Of a stretch of DNA of 64,000 bases, positions 43,570 through 54,275 are shown piece by piece. Under the pieces are notes generated by a model. That model was given only the letters and a program-made list of their open reading frames with translations. It searched no databases and had not been told where the DNA came from. The stretch comes from an uncultured Verrucomicrobiae bacterium (lineage in GTDB: Bacteria > Verrucomicrobiota > Verrucomicrobiia > Chthoniobacterales > Terrimicrobiaceae). The stretch covers positions 736,001-800,000 of the forward strand of contig CAVPOC010000008.1 of assembly GCA_963706955.1 (NCBI GenBank), given 5' to 3'. The position numbers and the translations under genes are program-made. Within the stretch, counting starts at the first letter, position 1. Each line of letters opens with the position of its first letter.

Positions 43570-46010
43570 ATGGAAGTGATAGCTTTGCTTTCGGTTCTGA
43601 GCAGCAACCTTTGTGTTCTCGCGCTCGGTTGGGCCATTTATGCGGGAATGGGGTATCTCCTCTTTGCCAAATCCCTCAAGGCATGCCCGTTCTTGATTCG
43701 GCTAAATCTGTATCCTCTCTTGGGATGGGCATTTCTGGTGACATTCGCCTATTACCTGCGGGTTCTAGCATTGCCCTTTTCAATCTCTGGACCCTGGTGC
43801 TTTGGAGCGCTTGTTCTTGGCTTGATCATCTGGCGCGGACGTTTGTGCCGTCCGCGCTTGCGCCGGCCACTGCCGCGAGTGCTGCTGCTCCTCGCCGGGT
43901 TTATGGCCCTGAGTCTCGTTCCTCTATATCTCCGCCTGGCCATTCCAGACATGAGAGACGTAGGAACCTGGGGTTACGACCAGCGTAATTACGTTTTTAC
44001 GGCTGCGGGCCTGCTCGATGAAGGTTTGCTTCCACGCATGCCCAACTCGACGGGTCCATGGGCTTTCTTTGCTTCTTATTGGGAATATCTGAGCGATAGT
44101 CTCCGCCAGCTTGACCTCCCGCGAGTTTTCCAGACTCGACTGGTTCTATACGGAACTGCAGGAAAAATTTGAGTGGCTTCGATCCGCTTCTCGTGCTTTC
44201 GCCTTGTTCCCACGCCGCGCATTTTCCGCATTGGATGCCTTAATGGCGTCGGTGCTGCGCATCGATCCGCAGCAGGCTTATACGCTAAGCATTTGGATTC
44301 ACCATATCTGGTTGCTTCACATCGCCGTTATCTTCTCGCGTTTACTCCGTTTTCGGGCTCTCGGCTTAATCACCGTAAGTCTTGTGGTAGTTTACTGGCC
44401 GAACTCTCATCTGGCCATGGCGGCCGACAATCGCGATCAAGCCAATTGCCTCATCCTAATGTTTGTCTTGTTCATTTTTGGCAAGCTGCGCGGGATAAGA
44501 TTTTGGCCAACGGTGACGTGCCTCTGCGCAGTCCTAGTGGGGTATCCCGAACTCGCAATTCCTGCACTCGTGGCGTTTTACGCGCAGCGCTTATGATAGC
44601 GCGCTGAACTGGCGAGAATGGCTTCTCCGGAGCGGCAAGGAGTTGGGAACCTCGATTCTTTGTATTTTGCCTCTGCTCCCTCCCGCGCTGCTCGGACTTG
44701 TTTGTCAATGGGCTACCGGAAAGGACAACCGCGCTCTCGTTTTCCCTGTCCAATATGACACTCCGCTGGCCCGATTCGATTATCTTCCCGGTTGGAAACT
44801 ACTTTGGAATGACTCGCCGGTAATACGCTCCCTGTCGCTGGTGGTCGACATCGCGATCCTGCTCCTAGCGGCCTATGGACTCGTGATGCTATTTCGCAAA
44901 AAACAATTTGGAACCTTGGTCGGCTACGGAGCTGTGCTGGCCTGCGGTTACCACTTCCTTTTTCGGGAGGAGTATTATCCGGCTTATAAGATCGTGACGA
45001 TTCTTTGGCCTTTCTTCCTCTGGATTGTTTTTCTTCCACTCTCTCGCATCTTTTCCTCGCCTCCCCGCTGGAGTGTCCGAGCACGGCAATACAAATATGC
45101 CTTCGCTTTTTTGCTCATCCTATGTTCTCTGCCAGCGATCATTAGCCTGGCACAAATCCCTATCCCTGGTGCTTATCAGCTGGTCGGGGCCAACTACTTC
45201 CTTACTGAAGAGGTTTCTCGAGGGACTTTCCTCAAGCCACGAATTAGTGACCTCAATCGACTTGAGCAGATCTCTCGCGAAGTCTCGGCCAAGAAGGAGA
45301 ACGTCCTCGTAATTGCGGACATCCCGGCAGCGATTCCACATGACTTTGGCTTCGCCCAGCTGCTCTTGAGAAACGAATCGGTTTTCTTCCCAAAATCGTT
45401 TGGGACCGCAGACCGCATTTGGCGATACGCACCCTATCCAAACGCCCGCGCGGCCTCTCCGAATCAGCCAATCGATCGTGTTCTTTTCGTCAATGGCGCT
45501 CGCACGTTCAATTTTCATCTCGCGGAGAGGCATATCTTCGGCGGCACCTTTGATGAGACGGCCTTTCGGCGAATGAATTTTTCTGCCGATCTTGTCCTTC
45601 GAAATCGCGAGGAACTGGTTATCCTTTGCCGCTCGGACCCTGAAAGAACGATCAGTAGTAAAACTGATACGGGACGACAATCGTATCTGATTGAAAAGAA
45701 CGAGCTCGCCTTGGATATCTACCACATCAACGCTCCGGTCGACCAGGCGGCCCGCTTCTCTTTCTCGATCACTTCTCCGAACTCAATACCCCCCGGGACG
45801 GGGCTCGAAGTGCTGCTGGATGGCAAAGTGATTGAGTCCGCAAATGACCCCACGGCATGGACCCGAACGGTTTTGCTCACTCCGGAGGCGATGCATCAGC
45901 AACTTGTCATCAGGATCAAAGAGAAAGAGCCGGATGTCGCAACATCGACATGGCGCTTCGAGATTGGAGAGTTCGAAGGCGCGACGCTAAGCCGGAACAA
46001 TTGGTGGTGA
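43570..46010 (+). CDS. Large multi-pass membrane protein with a soluble C-terminal domain (GT-C-like?); frameshifted
   Basis: Three consecutive hydrophobic ORFs (43570..44172, 44111..44596, 44643..46010); YDQRNY in the first loop; later GYPE and YPAYK motifs. Confidence 0.6.
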
Positions 46011-46090
46011 TCCCGCGCAAAAGCGGAAGCGAGGGCTCGAGCAATTGCCACTTGCGTTGCCGATAAAGAGGACCGATATCCCTTCAAAAT

Positions 46091-46546
46091 ATGCCGTATC
46101 GCGTGTGCAAGACCATTGACGTCGAGAATGGTCATATGCTTTCCAAGCACCCCGGAAAGTGCCGCTATCCCCATGGCCACACTCGCAAAATTGAGTTGAT
46201 CCTTGAAGCTGCAGAATTGGATCAAAACGAGATGGTCTGTGACTTCAAGCTGATCGAGCAAATCATCGGTGACTATATCGAGACTCTCGACCATGCCATG
46301 TGCGTCAACACGGCTGATTCTGCTTATGGTGAACTGCGCGCACGTTATGGCGATCGAATCGTCTCGTTCGAGAACGAAGACCCGACTACCGAAGTGCTGG
46401 CGCGCGTGATCTTCCAAACATTCACCAAGAAGCTCGCTGACTATGCCGCCAGAAATGATCGGGATTATCTTCTCGGCAAGAATGTCAGGCTGGTCTCTGT
46501 CAAGGTCTGGGAAACGGCTTCCTGCTGGGCCGAGTACGCCGCTTAG
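46091..46546 (+). CDS. queD: 6-carboxy-5,6,7,8-tetrahydropterin synthase (QueD/PTPS-I)
   Basis: CRYPHGH (CxxxHGH), DFK, LDH, PTTE, VWET. Confidence 0.9.
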   Translation: MPYRVCKTIDVENGHMLSKHPGKCRYPHGHTRKIELILEAAELDQNEMVCDFKLIEQIIGDYIETLDHAMCVNTADSAYGELRARYGDRIVSFENEDPTTEVLARVIFQTFTKKLADYAARNDRDYLLGKNVRLVSVKVWETASCWAEYAA

Positions 46547-46575
46547 CGAGAGAAGGTCACCATATTGGATTGCTA

Positions 46576-47388
46576 ATGAAGGACGCCCAAAGCGCCCGCG
46601 ACAGCCGCGGCATCGCCATCGATCAAGTGGGGATAACTAAACTTTGCTATCCCATCAGCGTGATGAATAAGGAAGGCCAATTGATCCCCACGGTGGCTAG
46701 CATCACCATGTCCGTGCGTCTTCCAAAGCATCTTCGAGGCACCCACATGAGTCGTTTTCTCGAGGTCCTGGTGAAGCATCGAGGGGAAATAACTCCGCAG
46801 AGTCTCACCGAAATCGTGCGCGACTTAAAAGAGCGGCAGAATGTCGAGAGTGCATGCTTCGAGGTGGCTTTTCCACACTTCATCGAGAAGACCGCGCCCG
46901 TGACCGGCGCTCGGGCGAAGGTGGCATGTCAAGGTAGCTTCGTGGCCTCCTCGAACGAAGCCGGCGAGACGTTGCGGACGCGGGTCGTCGTTCCCGTGAA
47001 GACGGTTTGTCCCTGCAGCAAAGAGATCAGCGACTATGGGGCCCATAATCAACGCGGACACGTCACGATCGAGGTCGATCTCAAAACGTCGGAGCGCGGT
47101 TGGGCATGGATCTGGATCGACGAACTTGTCGAAATTGCGGAGAAATCGGCCTCCGCACCAGTCTACGCCCTGCTCAAGCGCCCGGATGAGCGACATGTGA
47201 CCATGCAGGCCTATGACAACCCCGTCTTTGTCGAGGACTTGGTTCGTAACGCTTCGGTGCTCTTGAAGAAAGATCCGCGGATTACCAGCTTCACCGTGCA
47301 AGCAGTCAACCAGGAAAGCATCCACGCGCACGATGCTTTCGCACGGGTTAGTTGGAAACGAGAAAGGCGGCCGCGATCGAAGAAGTGA
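46576..47388 (+). CDS. folE2: GTP cyclohydrolase IB
   Basis: IDQVGI, GTHMSRF, CPCSKEISDYGAHNQRG, LLKRPDE, NPVFVED, ESIHAHDA. Confidence 0.95.
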   Translation: MKDAQSARDSRGIAIDQVGITKLCYPISVMNKEGQLIPTVASITMSVRLPKHLRGTHMSRFLEVLVKHRGEITPQSLTEIVRDLKERQNVESACFEVAFPHFIEKTAPVTGARAKVACQGSFVASSNEAGETLRTRVVVPVKTVCPCSKEISDYGAHNQRGHVTIEVDLKTSERGWAWIWIDELVEIAEKSASAPVYALLKRPDERHVTMQAYDNPVFVEDLVRNASVLLKKDPRITSFTVQAVNQESIHAHDAFARVSWKRERRPRSKK

Positions 47389-47491
47389 TCGCGTTCTAAC
47401 CATCCGGCGCCAATGGGCCGAGCGGATCATTTGTCGATAAAGCCCCTGCTCCGTCAGAAGTGGACATCAGTTTTCAGACGGCCGCCATCGA

Positions 47492-48214
47492 ATGAGCGGA
47501 TCAGTTGTGCATCTGGTGGTCCCGGCGTACAACGAAGCGCGGCGGTTGCCAAATTACCTTCCACTACTCTCCGCAACTCTCGCAAAGACTCCTCACTCAT
47601 GGCGTATCACAGTCGTCGATGACGGCTCTCGCGAGTCCGAGTCGACTCAGATGCGGGAGTGTGTTCAACGCGCCGGTCCACGCATCGGTTTTCACCGCCT
47701 TCCCGTCAACCAGGGAAAGGGGGCGGCTATCTACTCAGGCTGGAATCTTGATGTCGAATCAGAATGGCTCGCCCTCCTCGATGCGGACGGCTCGATCCCG
47801 CCTTATGAAGTCGTCCGCGTGTTGGGTATTCTGAGCTCCGACGGGCCCGACGCTTTCTTCTGCTCGCGCTGCAAAATCCTTGGTCGGACCGTGCAGCGTT
47901 CCTGGATCCGGCACGTCGGAGGCCGTCTTTTCGCAACCTTCGTTTCCGCAGTTACCGGCATTCCGGTCTACGATTCACAATGCGGCTTCAAAGTTGTGCG
48001 ACGGAAATATTACGAAGCCATCAAGGGCCGGCTGCATGAGAAGCGATTCGCCTTCGATGTTGAGCTTCTCGTCGCACTGACCGAAGCCGGAGCGACGGTG
48101 ATTGAATACCCAATTGATTGGTTCGATGTGCCTGGAAGCAAGGTCCATTTCGTTCGCGACACAGTGCACATGCTCGCTAGCATCGTGCGCCTTCGTATCC
48201 GAGGCTGCCGATAG
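47492..48214 (+). CDS. GT2 polyprenyl-phosphate glycosyltransferase (Dol-P-Glc/Man synthase-like)
   Basis: VVPAYNEARRL, VDDGS, NQGKG, LDADGS, DSQCGFK, FAFDVELL. Confidence 0.88.
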   Translation: MSGSVVHLVVPAYNEARRLPNYLPLLSATLAKTPHSWRITVVDDGSRESESTQMRECVQRAGPRIGFHRLPVNQGKGAAIYSGWNLDVESEWLALLDADGSIPPYEVVRVLGILSSDGPDAFFCSRCKILGRTVQRSWIRHVGGRLFATFVSAVTGIPVYDSQCGFKVVRRKYYEAIKGRLHEKRFAFDVELLVALTEAGATVIEYPIDWFDVPGSKVHFVRDTVHMLASIVRLRIRGCR

Positions 48215-48331
48215 CGTTGCGGAAATCATCGCCGGCAAATCATTAATAAATTCGCAGGGAAATAATTTCCTGCGATTCCCCTCGTTGATAACTCTTTCGG
48301 CTCATAGGTTCGGCCGTTCATTTGCACACCG

Positions 48332-49331
48332 ATGAATGACGCAATACTCGTAACCGGAGCCGGCGGCTTCATTGGCGGACATCTGGTCGCCAAATTGCTG
48401 CAGGAAGGTCACCGCGTCCGTGCAGTCGATAAGAAGCCCCAGGGGCAGTGGTATCAGCGGTTCGCCGCGGCTGAAAACCTGACCATGAACCTTCAGGAGA
48501 AAGGCGCCTGTATTCGTGCGGTCAATGGTTGTGACTGGATCTACAACATGGCCGCGGACATGGGCGGAATGGGATTTATCGAGCTGAACAAGGGCCTTTG
48601 CATGCTCACCGTCTTGATTAACACGCACATGCTCATGGCCGCTCGTCAGTGCGGCGCGACGCGTTTCTTTTTTCCCTCCTCCGCATGTGTCTACGCCGGC
48701 TGCAAGCAGCAGCAAACCGACAACCCTGCCTTAAAGGAGGAGGACGCCTATCCGGCAGACCCGGAGGACGGCTATGGGTGGGAGAAACTCTTCAGCGAAA
48801 GAATGTGCCGGCATTTTCGGGAAGACTTTGGTCTCGAAACCCGCGTGGCTCGGTACCATAATGTCTATGGTCCGCACGGCACCTTTGATGGCGGGCGCGA
48901 GAAGGCGCCAGCAGCGATCTGTCGCAAAGTCATCGCCGCGAAACTCTCCGGTCATCATGAAATTGAGGTCTGGGGAGATGGCGAACAGACGCGCAGCTTC
49001 ATGTTCATTGACGACTGCCTTCATGGCACCCGCCTGCTCATGGAAAGCGACATCGCAGAGCCGATCAACATCGGCAGTGCTGAGATGGTCACGATCAATC
49101 AACTCGTCGATCTCGCCGAGGAACTGGCTGGCATCAAGCTCAAGCGCAACTACAAACTCGACGCTCCCAAAGGCGTCCGCGGCCGCAGCAGCGACAACAC
49201 CTTTATCAAGAAGTCAACTTGGATGGGAGCCCTCGACCCCTCTGCAAACCGGCCTTGAGAAGACTTACGCTTGGATCTTTGACCAAATGAAGAGTGGCCG
49301 ATCGAGCGCGCGAACCGTGAACCGTTTCTGA
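48332..49331 (+). CDS. GDP-mannose 3',5'-epimerase-like SDR; frameshift near 49215
   Basis: GAGGFIG, AADMGGMGFI, SSACVY, YGWEK, GGREKAPAA, WGDGEQTRSF, GVRGR. Confidence 0.9.
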
Positions 49332-49345
49332 GACGGTCTCAGGTT

Positions 49346-50232
49346 GTGAAGATCTCCGTTGTCACGCCGAACTTTAATGGCGGCGAATTTGTTGGAGCGT
49401 GCCCTAAGGTCGGTCGTTTCTCAGGACTATCGAGATGTTGAACACATCGTCATGGACGGCGGGAGCACCGACGAGAGCCTGCAGATCATCGACCGATATC
49501 GTCAAAATCTCACGAACGTTGTCTCCGAGAAGGATAATGGTCAATACGACGCCATTAGCAAGGGCTTCGCGATGGCGACGGGCGATATCCTCTGTTGGCT
49601 GAACAGCGATGACATCTACTTTCCCTGGACGATGCGCGTCGTCGCGCGTCTCTTTGTCGATTTTCCGCAGATTGATTGGATCATGGGCGTGCGCTGCGAA
49701 CTGCGCAATGACGCCGTGCAAGGAATCTCAAATGTGACGCCGTTTCCACGCGACGTAATTCGCTCTGGAGCATTTCATCCGCGCGGGCTCGGCTGCATCA
49801 TGCAGGAAGGCTGCTTTTGGCGTCGAAGTCTCTACGAAAAGGTGGGCGGCATCTCTGTGAAATGGCCGGTCGCAGGCGATTACGAGCTCTGGATCAGGTT
49901 TGCCGAGCACGCCGATCTTGGTGGTAACAGCCGCGCTTCTCGGAGGGTTCAACTATACGGACAAGAATCGCTCGCTGCTCAATGGTCAGACCTGGCAAGA
50001 GAAGGAAGTCAGCGCAATCCGCAACCGAATTCCGGCTTCCCTTCGCAGCATGGGTGACCGACTGATGCGGCGAAAGAAATTCGCTCAGAAGCTTTCTCTT
50101 TCGGAAAACCCCGCCTCCGCAGGTATCTGCAGTCCTGGCTTTGCCTGACCATGCATCGCGGACTGGTGCTTGGCTACGATGCGTTTGGCGGACCGCTATG
50201 TGCTTCACCGGCCCCAGTTTTTGCTCGCATAG
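49346..50232 (+). CDS. GT2 glycosyltransferase; frameshifted
   Basis: KISVVTP start, MDGGSTD, WLNSDD, QEGCFWRR, GDYELW. Confidence 0.85.
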
Positions 50233-50302
50233 CAGAGCTGAGAGCAACTGGCCGATGAACGTGGATTGACGGGTCATCGTCAACTTCAATCATCGCCTTC
50301 GC

Positions 50303-52096
50303 TTGTTTTTCCTAATTTACCTCGCCTGCGGTCTTTACCTCTGGCTTTTAGGTGCGGCCGTTCTCGGGGAGTGGAAAACCGGCCGCTCGCTCTTTCGAGC
50401 GCCATGGCTTGGCTATGCAGTTTTGATAGCATGCTTGCAAATCGCCCACTTCTTCACCGCGATTAATCCACCGTTTTCCCGGACTTTCCTGGTTGCTTCT
50501 GTGCTCTGCGCCGGCGGAGTTGTCGCCCTGAAGTTCCTTAGAGATCCTTCGAAGGCGAAGCAGCTCCCGGCAATGCCGCCGCTCTTGTGGTTCGCGCTTC
50601 TCATTGCGGTGGCGTGGCTTGCCTTCCGGCCGGTCTTCAACATCGCGACGCAAAAAATCGTCCATTACGATGTAGGCTATTACTATCTGCAGACGATTGC
50701 GTGGACGACCGCCTTTCCCATAGTCCCTGGGCTTGGCAACCTTCTGCTTCATCTCGGCTTCAACCAATCAGCCTTTCTCGTCCCGGCATTTTTGGATTCC
50801 TTGGGGCCCGCATCTGTGGAGCTTATTCTCTCCTTGGCGGAGTCCTCCCCTGGCTGGGCCTGACCCTGTCTGTTTTCGCCCTGGTCCAGGGCTTGTGTGC
50901 GCTCTTTCTGTTGCGAAGACGGCTCGAACCGATCGAGAAAGCTTACGCAATCTCTCTGCCGGCCTGGATGTATACTCTGCTGATAAATAATATCTCAGGC
51001 AATTCGCCGGACATTGCCTTGGCTTGCCTCCAGATTCATATTTTCTTATGCTTCGCAAGCTTCTTAGCCGCGAGAGGAAGCCAGGCCGTCCGGCTCCAAT
51101 TGAGTGAACTAATAATCCTCAGTGCGCTTAGCGTTTGTGTAAAGCTCAATTCGGTCTTCTTCTCCGCCGCAATCGGATTGCTTTCAATCGGAGTCGCCTT
51201 GACTCGCATCGGTGCGCCTCGCCTTTTGCGCGGCAAGCAAGCGATTTATGCGACTCTGGCCGCGCTGGTTCTTTGCCTGCCATGGACGGCGCGCGGAATC
51301 ATTGTTTCCGGGTATCCCTTATTTCCGTCGACAGCCCTTGTCGCGCCGGTCGCATGGCGAGTCGGGGAGTCATGGCGGGTCCGAAGGCTGACGTCTCGAA
51401 TTTCTATGACATCACCGTCGATTGGGGAAGACAGCCCTATCCTGATCTCGCCAAAGGTTCGGAACAGCTTCGCCTGGGTGCCGGAATTTCTGCGGAGAAG
51501 CTGGGAGATGACAGATCAATTCGCATGGCCACTCAGCCTGGGCGGCTTGTGGACGCTTGCTCTTTCTGGCTCTTGCCTGGAAGAGCGCGAATTTCCGGCA
51601 AAAGCTTCCGCAGTTGCTCCTTCTCCTTTTGCCCTTGGTCTTCGCTTTGCTCATGTGGTTTTTGACCGCTCCTAATCCCAGATATCTCGGGTCGATCACT
51701 TGGCTTCTGCCGCTCGCTGCCTCGCTCGCCTTGATCTCAGACATTTCACTTTCAGCCTTCGCTTTCGTCGCGCTCGCTTTCTGCGTCAACTATTTTGCTC
51801 TCGGCACGTTGCGGTATAACACCGAATGGTCGTGGAAGAAACCGTCTCCTCGACTCCCGGAAATACCTAAGGTCGATATTCGGGAGGGCGACAATCCCTT
51901 TGGCGTACATCTTTTCTACCCAAGAAAGGGCGACCAAACCTTCGATGCCCCTCTCCCCAGCGCGAAGACCTTGCATCCCACACTGAAATATCTCGATGAG
52001 ACGCGAGGGCTTTCCGCGGGTTTTCGCGATGCAAGAATCGACGACGGGAGCGGCGAAAATGAGAATCGATCAAAGCGCTACCCTGTCGTCGAATAG
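50303..52096 (+). CDS. Multi-TM membrane protein, array paralog 1; frameshifted
   Basis: HYDVGYYYLQ, PIVPGLGNL, GFNQS, SPD, KLN, SGYPLFPS, TAPNPRY, FDAPLP. Confidence 0.82.
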
Positions 52097-52116
52097 CCGA
52101 AAGGTTCTTCGGCTTA

Positions 52117-53916
52117 TTGGATGGCACACTGCGCGCAAAGTGGTTTTCGGCTGATCTTCGCGTGGCGTTGTTCTTCCTAATTTACGTTGCCTGCGGCCTC
52201 TATCTATGGCTCTTGGGCATCGCAGTTTTTGGAGGTTGCGAGAACCGAAGATCACTTTTTCACGCACCGTGGCTTGGCTATGGAGTCTTGATTGGCTGTC
52301 TGCAGATTGTGCACTTGGTTTGGGCGCTAAGTCCACCGGTTGCCTGGGCGTTTCTCGTCCTCACTTGCCTTTGCGCCGCCGGCATCGTCATCATTCGGCC
52401 TCGCAAGGAAGCTCCGAAGGGCGTCGGCTCTCGCCAATTGTCAGTTCCGGTGCAGTTGACACTGCTTCTCGCGCCAGCAGTGGCTGCTTTCTTTCCAGCT
52501 TTTAACACCACTACCCAGGCGATCGTCCACTACGATCTTGGCTATTATTACCTCCAGACGATCCGTTGGGTAACGAGCTTCCCAATTGTGCCAGGCCTTG
52601 GAAATCTTCTCCTGAATCTGGCGTTCAATCAGTCTCCATTTCTCGTCGCCGCCCTGTTTGACTCCCTCGGTCCGCACCTCTGGGGTTACTCGTTGCTCGG
52701 AGGTGTCCTCCCATGGCTCGGGCTTACCTTGTCCGGCTTCGCTCTGCTCCAAGGCCTTTGCGCACTGCTGGAATTGCGGCGACCGCTCGAGCCAATTGAA
52801 AAGGCCTATTTGATTTCATTGCCCGCTTGGATCTACACCCTCCTTACGGTGAATATCTCCAGTAACTCGCCAGATATTGCCTCGGCATGTCTCCAGATCC
52901 ATCTCTACTTGTGTTTTGCAAGTTTCCTCGCTGAAACGGATGAGAGGACTCGCCTGAGCGCCTTCGGGACATTGCTCGTTCTGGCGGCACTCAGTCTGAG
53001 CATTAAGCTCAATTCCGTCTTTTTGGTGGCGACGATCGCGCACTTGCCTGGCGGTCGTGATCGTTCGTTCGGACCGGGGATCATCGCCCACAGACAATCC
53101 TGTTGGCGGTGCTTGCCGCTGCCGCCATCTTCTTCCCATGGGTCTTCCGGGGAATCGTCATGTCAGGTTATCCATTTTTCCCGTCGAGCACCCTTGGACG
53201 GTCCTTTCGCCTGGCGAATTCCCGATTCCGCCGTATCGCACTTTTACAACATCACTGTGTATTGGGCGCGACAGCCTTATTATGATCTCGAGAAGGTAAG
53301 GACAGGCTTCGCGTGGGTCCCCGAGTGGTTCCAACGAAATTGGCAATTGAAGGACCAATTCGAGAAGCCGCTCATTCTTTGCAGTGTCTGGACTCTGCTT
53401 CTCGCGCTGCTGGCATGGAAATGGAAGGATCTGAGAAAGAATGTGATTCGACTCAGCCTAATGATCTTGCCAGTATTAGTCAGTTTAGTGATGTGGTTTT
53501 TCACGGCTCCCGAGCCGCGCTACCTTGGCTCCATAACCTGGCTTTTGCCACTCGCGGTCCCGCTATGCCTGATTTCCAAAGCTTCGCCGCTTTCGCGCGC
53601 TTTCATAGGGGTAAGTCTATGTGTAAACTATGCCGCTCTGGGTAACCTGCGATACAATACGCAATGGGCATGGAAAAGACGCGCCTCTGGATTCCCGGAG
53701 ATTCGTCAGGTTGAGCTTAACGAGAGCATTAACCCGGCGGGCATTCACCTCTACTATCCCAAGGCCGGGGATCAGGTCTTTGACGCACCGCTCCCCGCCA
53801 CGCGGGAAAGCCGTCCTAAGCTTAGGCTTTTAGACGAGGCAAAAGGGATTTCCGGAGGCTTTCGCGATTCAAGAATCGATGACGGGGGACGCCAGATCGA
53901 AAAAGGTGAGCATTAA
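52117..53916 (+). CDS. Multi-TM membrane protein, array paralog 2 (compensating internal frameshifts)
   Basis: 599-aa ORF with HYDLGYYYLQ, PIVPGLGNL, AFNQS, TAPEPRY and FDAPLP; SGYPFFPS lies in an alternate frame at ~53160. Confidence 0.85.
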   Translation: MDGTLRAKWFSADLRVALFFLIYVACGLYLWLLGIAVFGGCENRRSLFHAPWLGYGVLIGCLQIVHLVWALSPPVAWAFLVLTCLCAAGIVIIRPRKEAPKGVGSRQLSVPVQLTLLLAPAVAAFFPAFNTTTQAIVHYDLGYYYLQTIRWVTSFPIVPGLGNLLLNLAFNQSPFLVAALFDSLGPHLWGYSLLGGVLPWLGLTLSGFALLQGLCALLELRRPLEPIEKAYLISLPAWIYTLLTVNISSNSPDIASACLQIHLYLCFASFLAETDERTRLSAFGTLLVLAALSLSIKLNSVFLVATIAHLPGGRDRSFGPGIIAHRQSCWRCLPLPPSSSHGSSGESSCQVIHFSRRAPLDGPFAWRIPDSAVSHFYNITVYWARQPYYDLEKVRTGFAWVPEWFQRNWQLKDQFEKPLILCSVWTLLLALLAWKWKDLRKNVIRLSLMILPVLVSLVMWFFTAPEPRYLGSITWLLPLAVPLCLISKASPLSRAFIGVSLCVNYAALGNLRYNTQWAWKRRASGFPEIRQVELNESINPAGIHLYYPKAGDQVFDAPLPATRESRPKLRLLDEAKGISGGFRDSRIDDGGRQIEKGEH

Positions 53917-53999
53917 TCTCCTCTATTTTTGCCACGCGCCTGAGCTAAGCTTCGCAAGTTGAGCTGAGGGTCTATAATCGCTCTATCGTCACCAAATGA

Positions 54000-54230
54000 C
54001 ATCCGGTTGCGACGCCCGAGACAAAGTTTCCTGAGATTCCACGCCCACGCATGGCCGAGCACGCAAATACCTCCGGTCTGCTTTACTATGCGCCCATCGA
54101 GGGAAACCAAAGCTACGATCATATGCTTCCCTCCTCCAGCGGCAAATTGCACGGCATCGAGCTGCTCGATCCTGCCGTCGGTATGGCTGCCGGCTTTCGC
54201 AGTACCCAGGCAGAAAAGGAAGCCCCATAG
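54000..54230 (+). pseudogene. Orphan C-terminal fragment of a sixth array paralog
   Basis: Hand translation KFPEIPRPRMAEHANTSGLLYYAPIEGNQSYDHMLP...LLDPAVGMAAGF matches the paralog 3 tail RFPEIPRSNMAERTNPAGLRYYAPIEGNQSFDNALP. Confidence 0.85.
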
Positions 54231-54275
54231 CTCGAGCACTGACGGCGAATCATGGCATCCCCATAACTCCGGGAC

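Noticed and set aside
46011..46090. Possible preQ1 riboswitch upstream of queD
   Set aside because: Only a weak gagg..cctt pairing; it lacks the characteristic loop and A-rich tail. An Rfam/Infernal scan would settle it.
46091..47388. Dpd-type 7-deazaguanine DNA modification/defence island
   Set aside because: No dpdA/tgt-like, queC, queE, helicase or nuclease genes in the window.
53951..53978. Sigma70-like promoter ttcgca-N16-tataat before array paralog 3
   Set aside because: Weak -35 and a single hexamer match; not supportable without transcript data.
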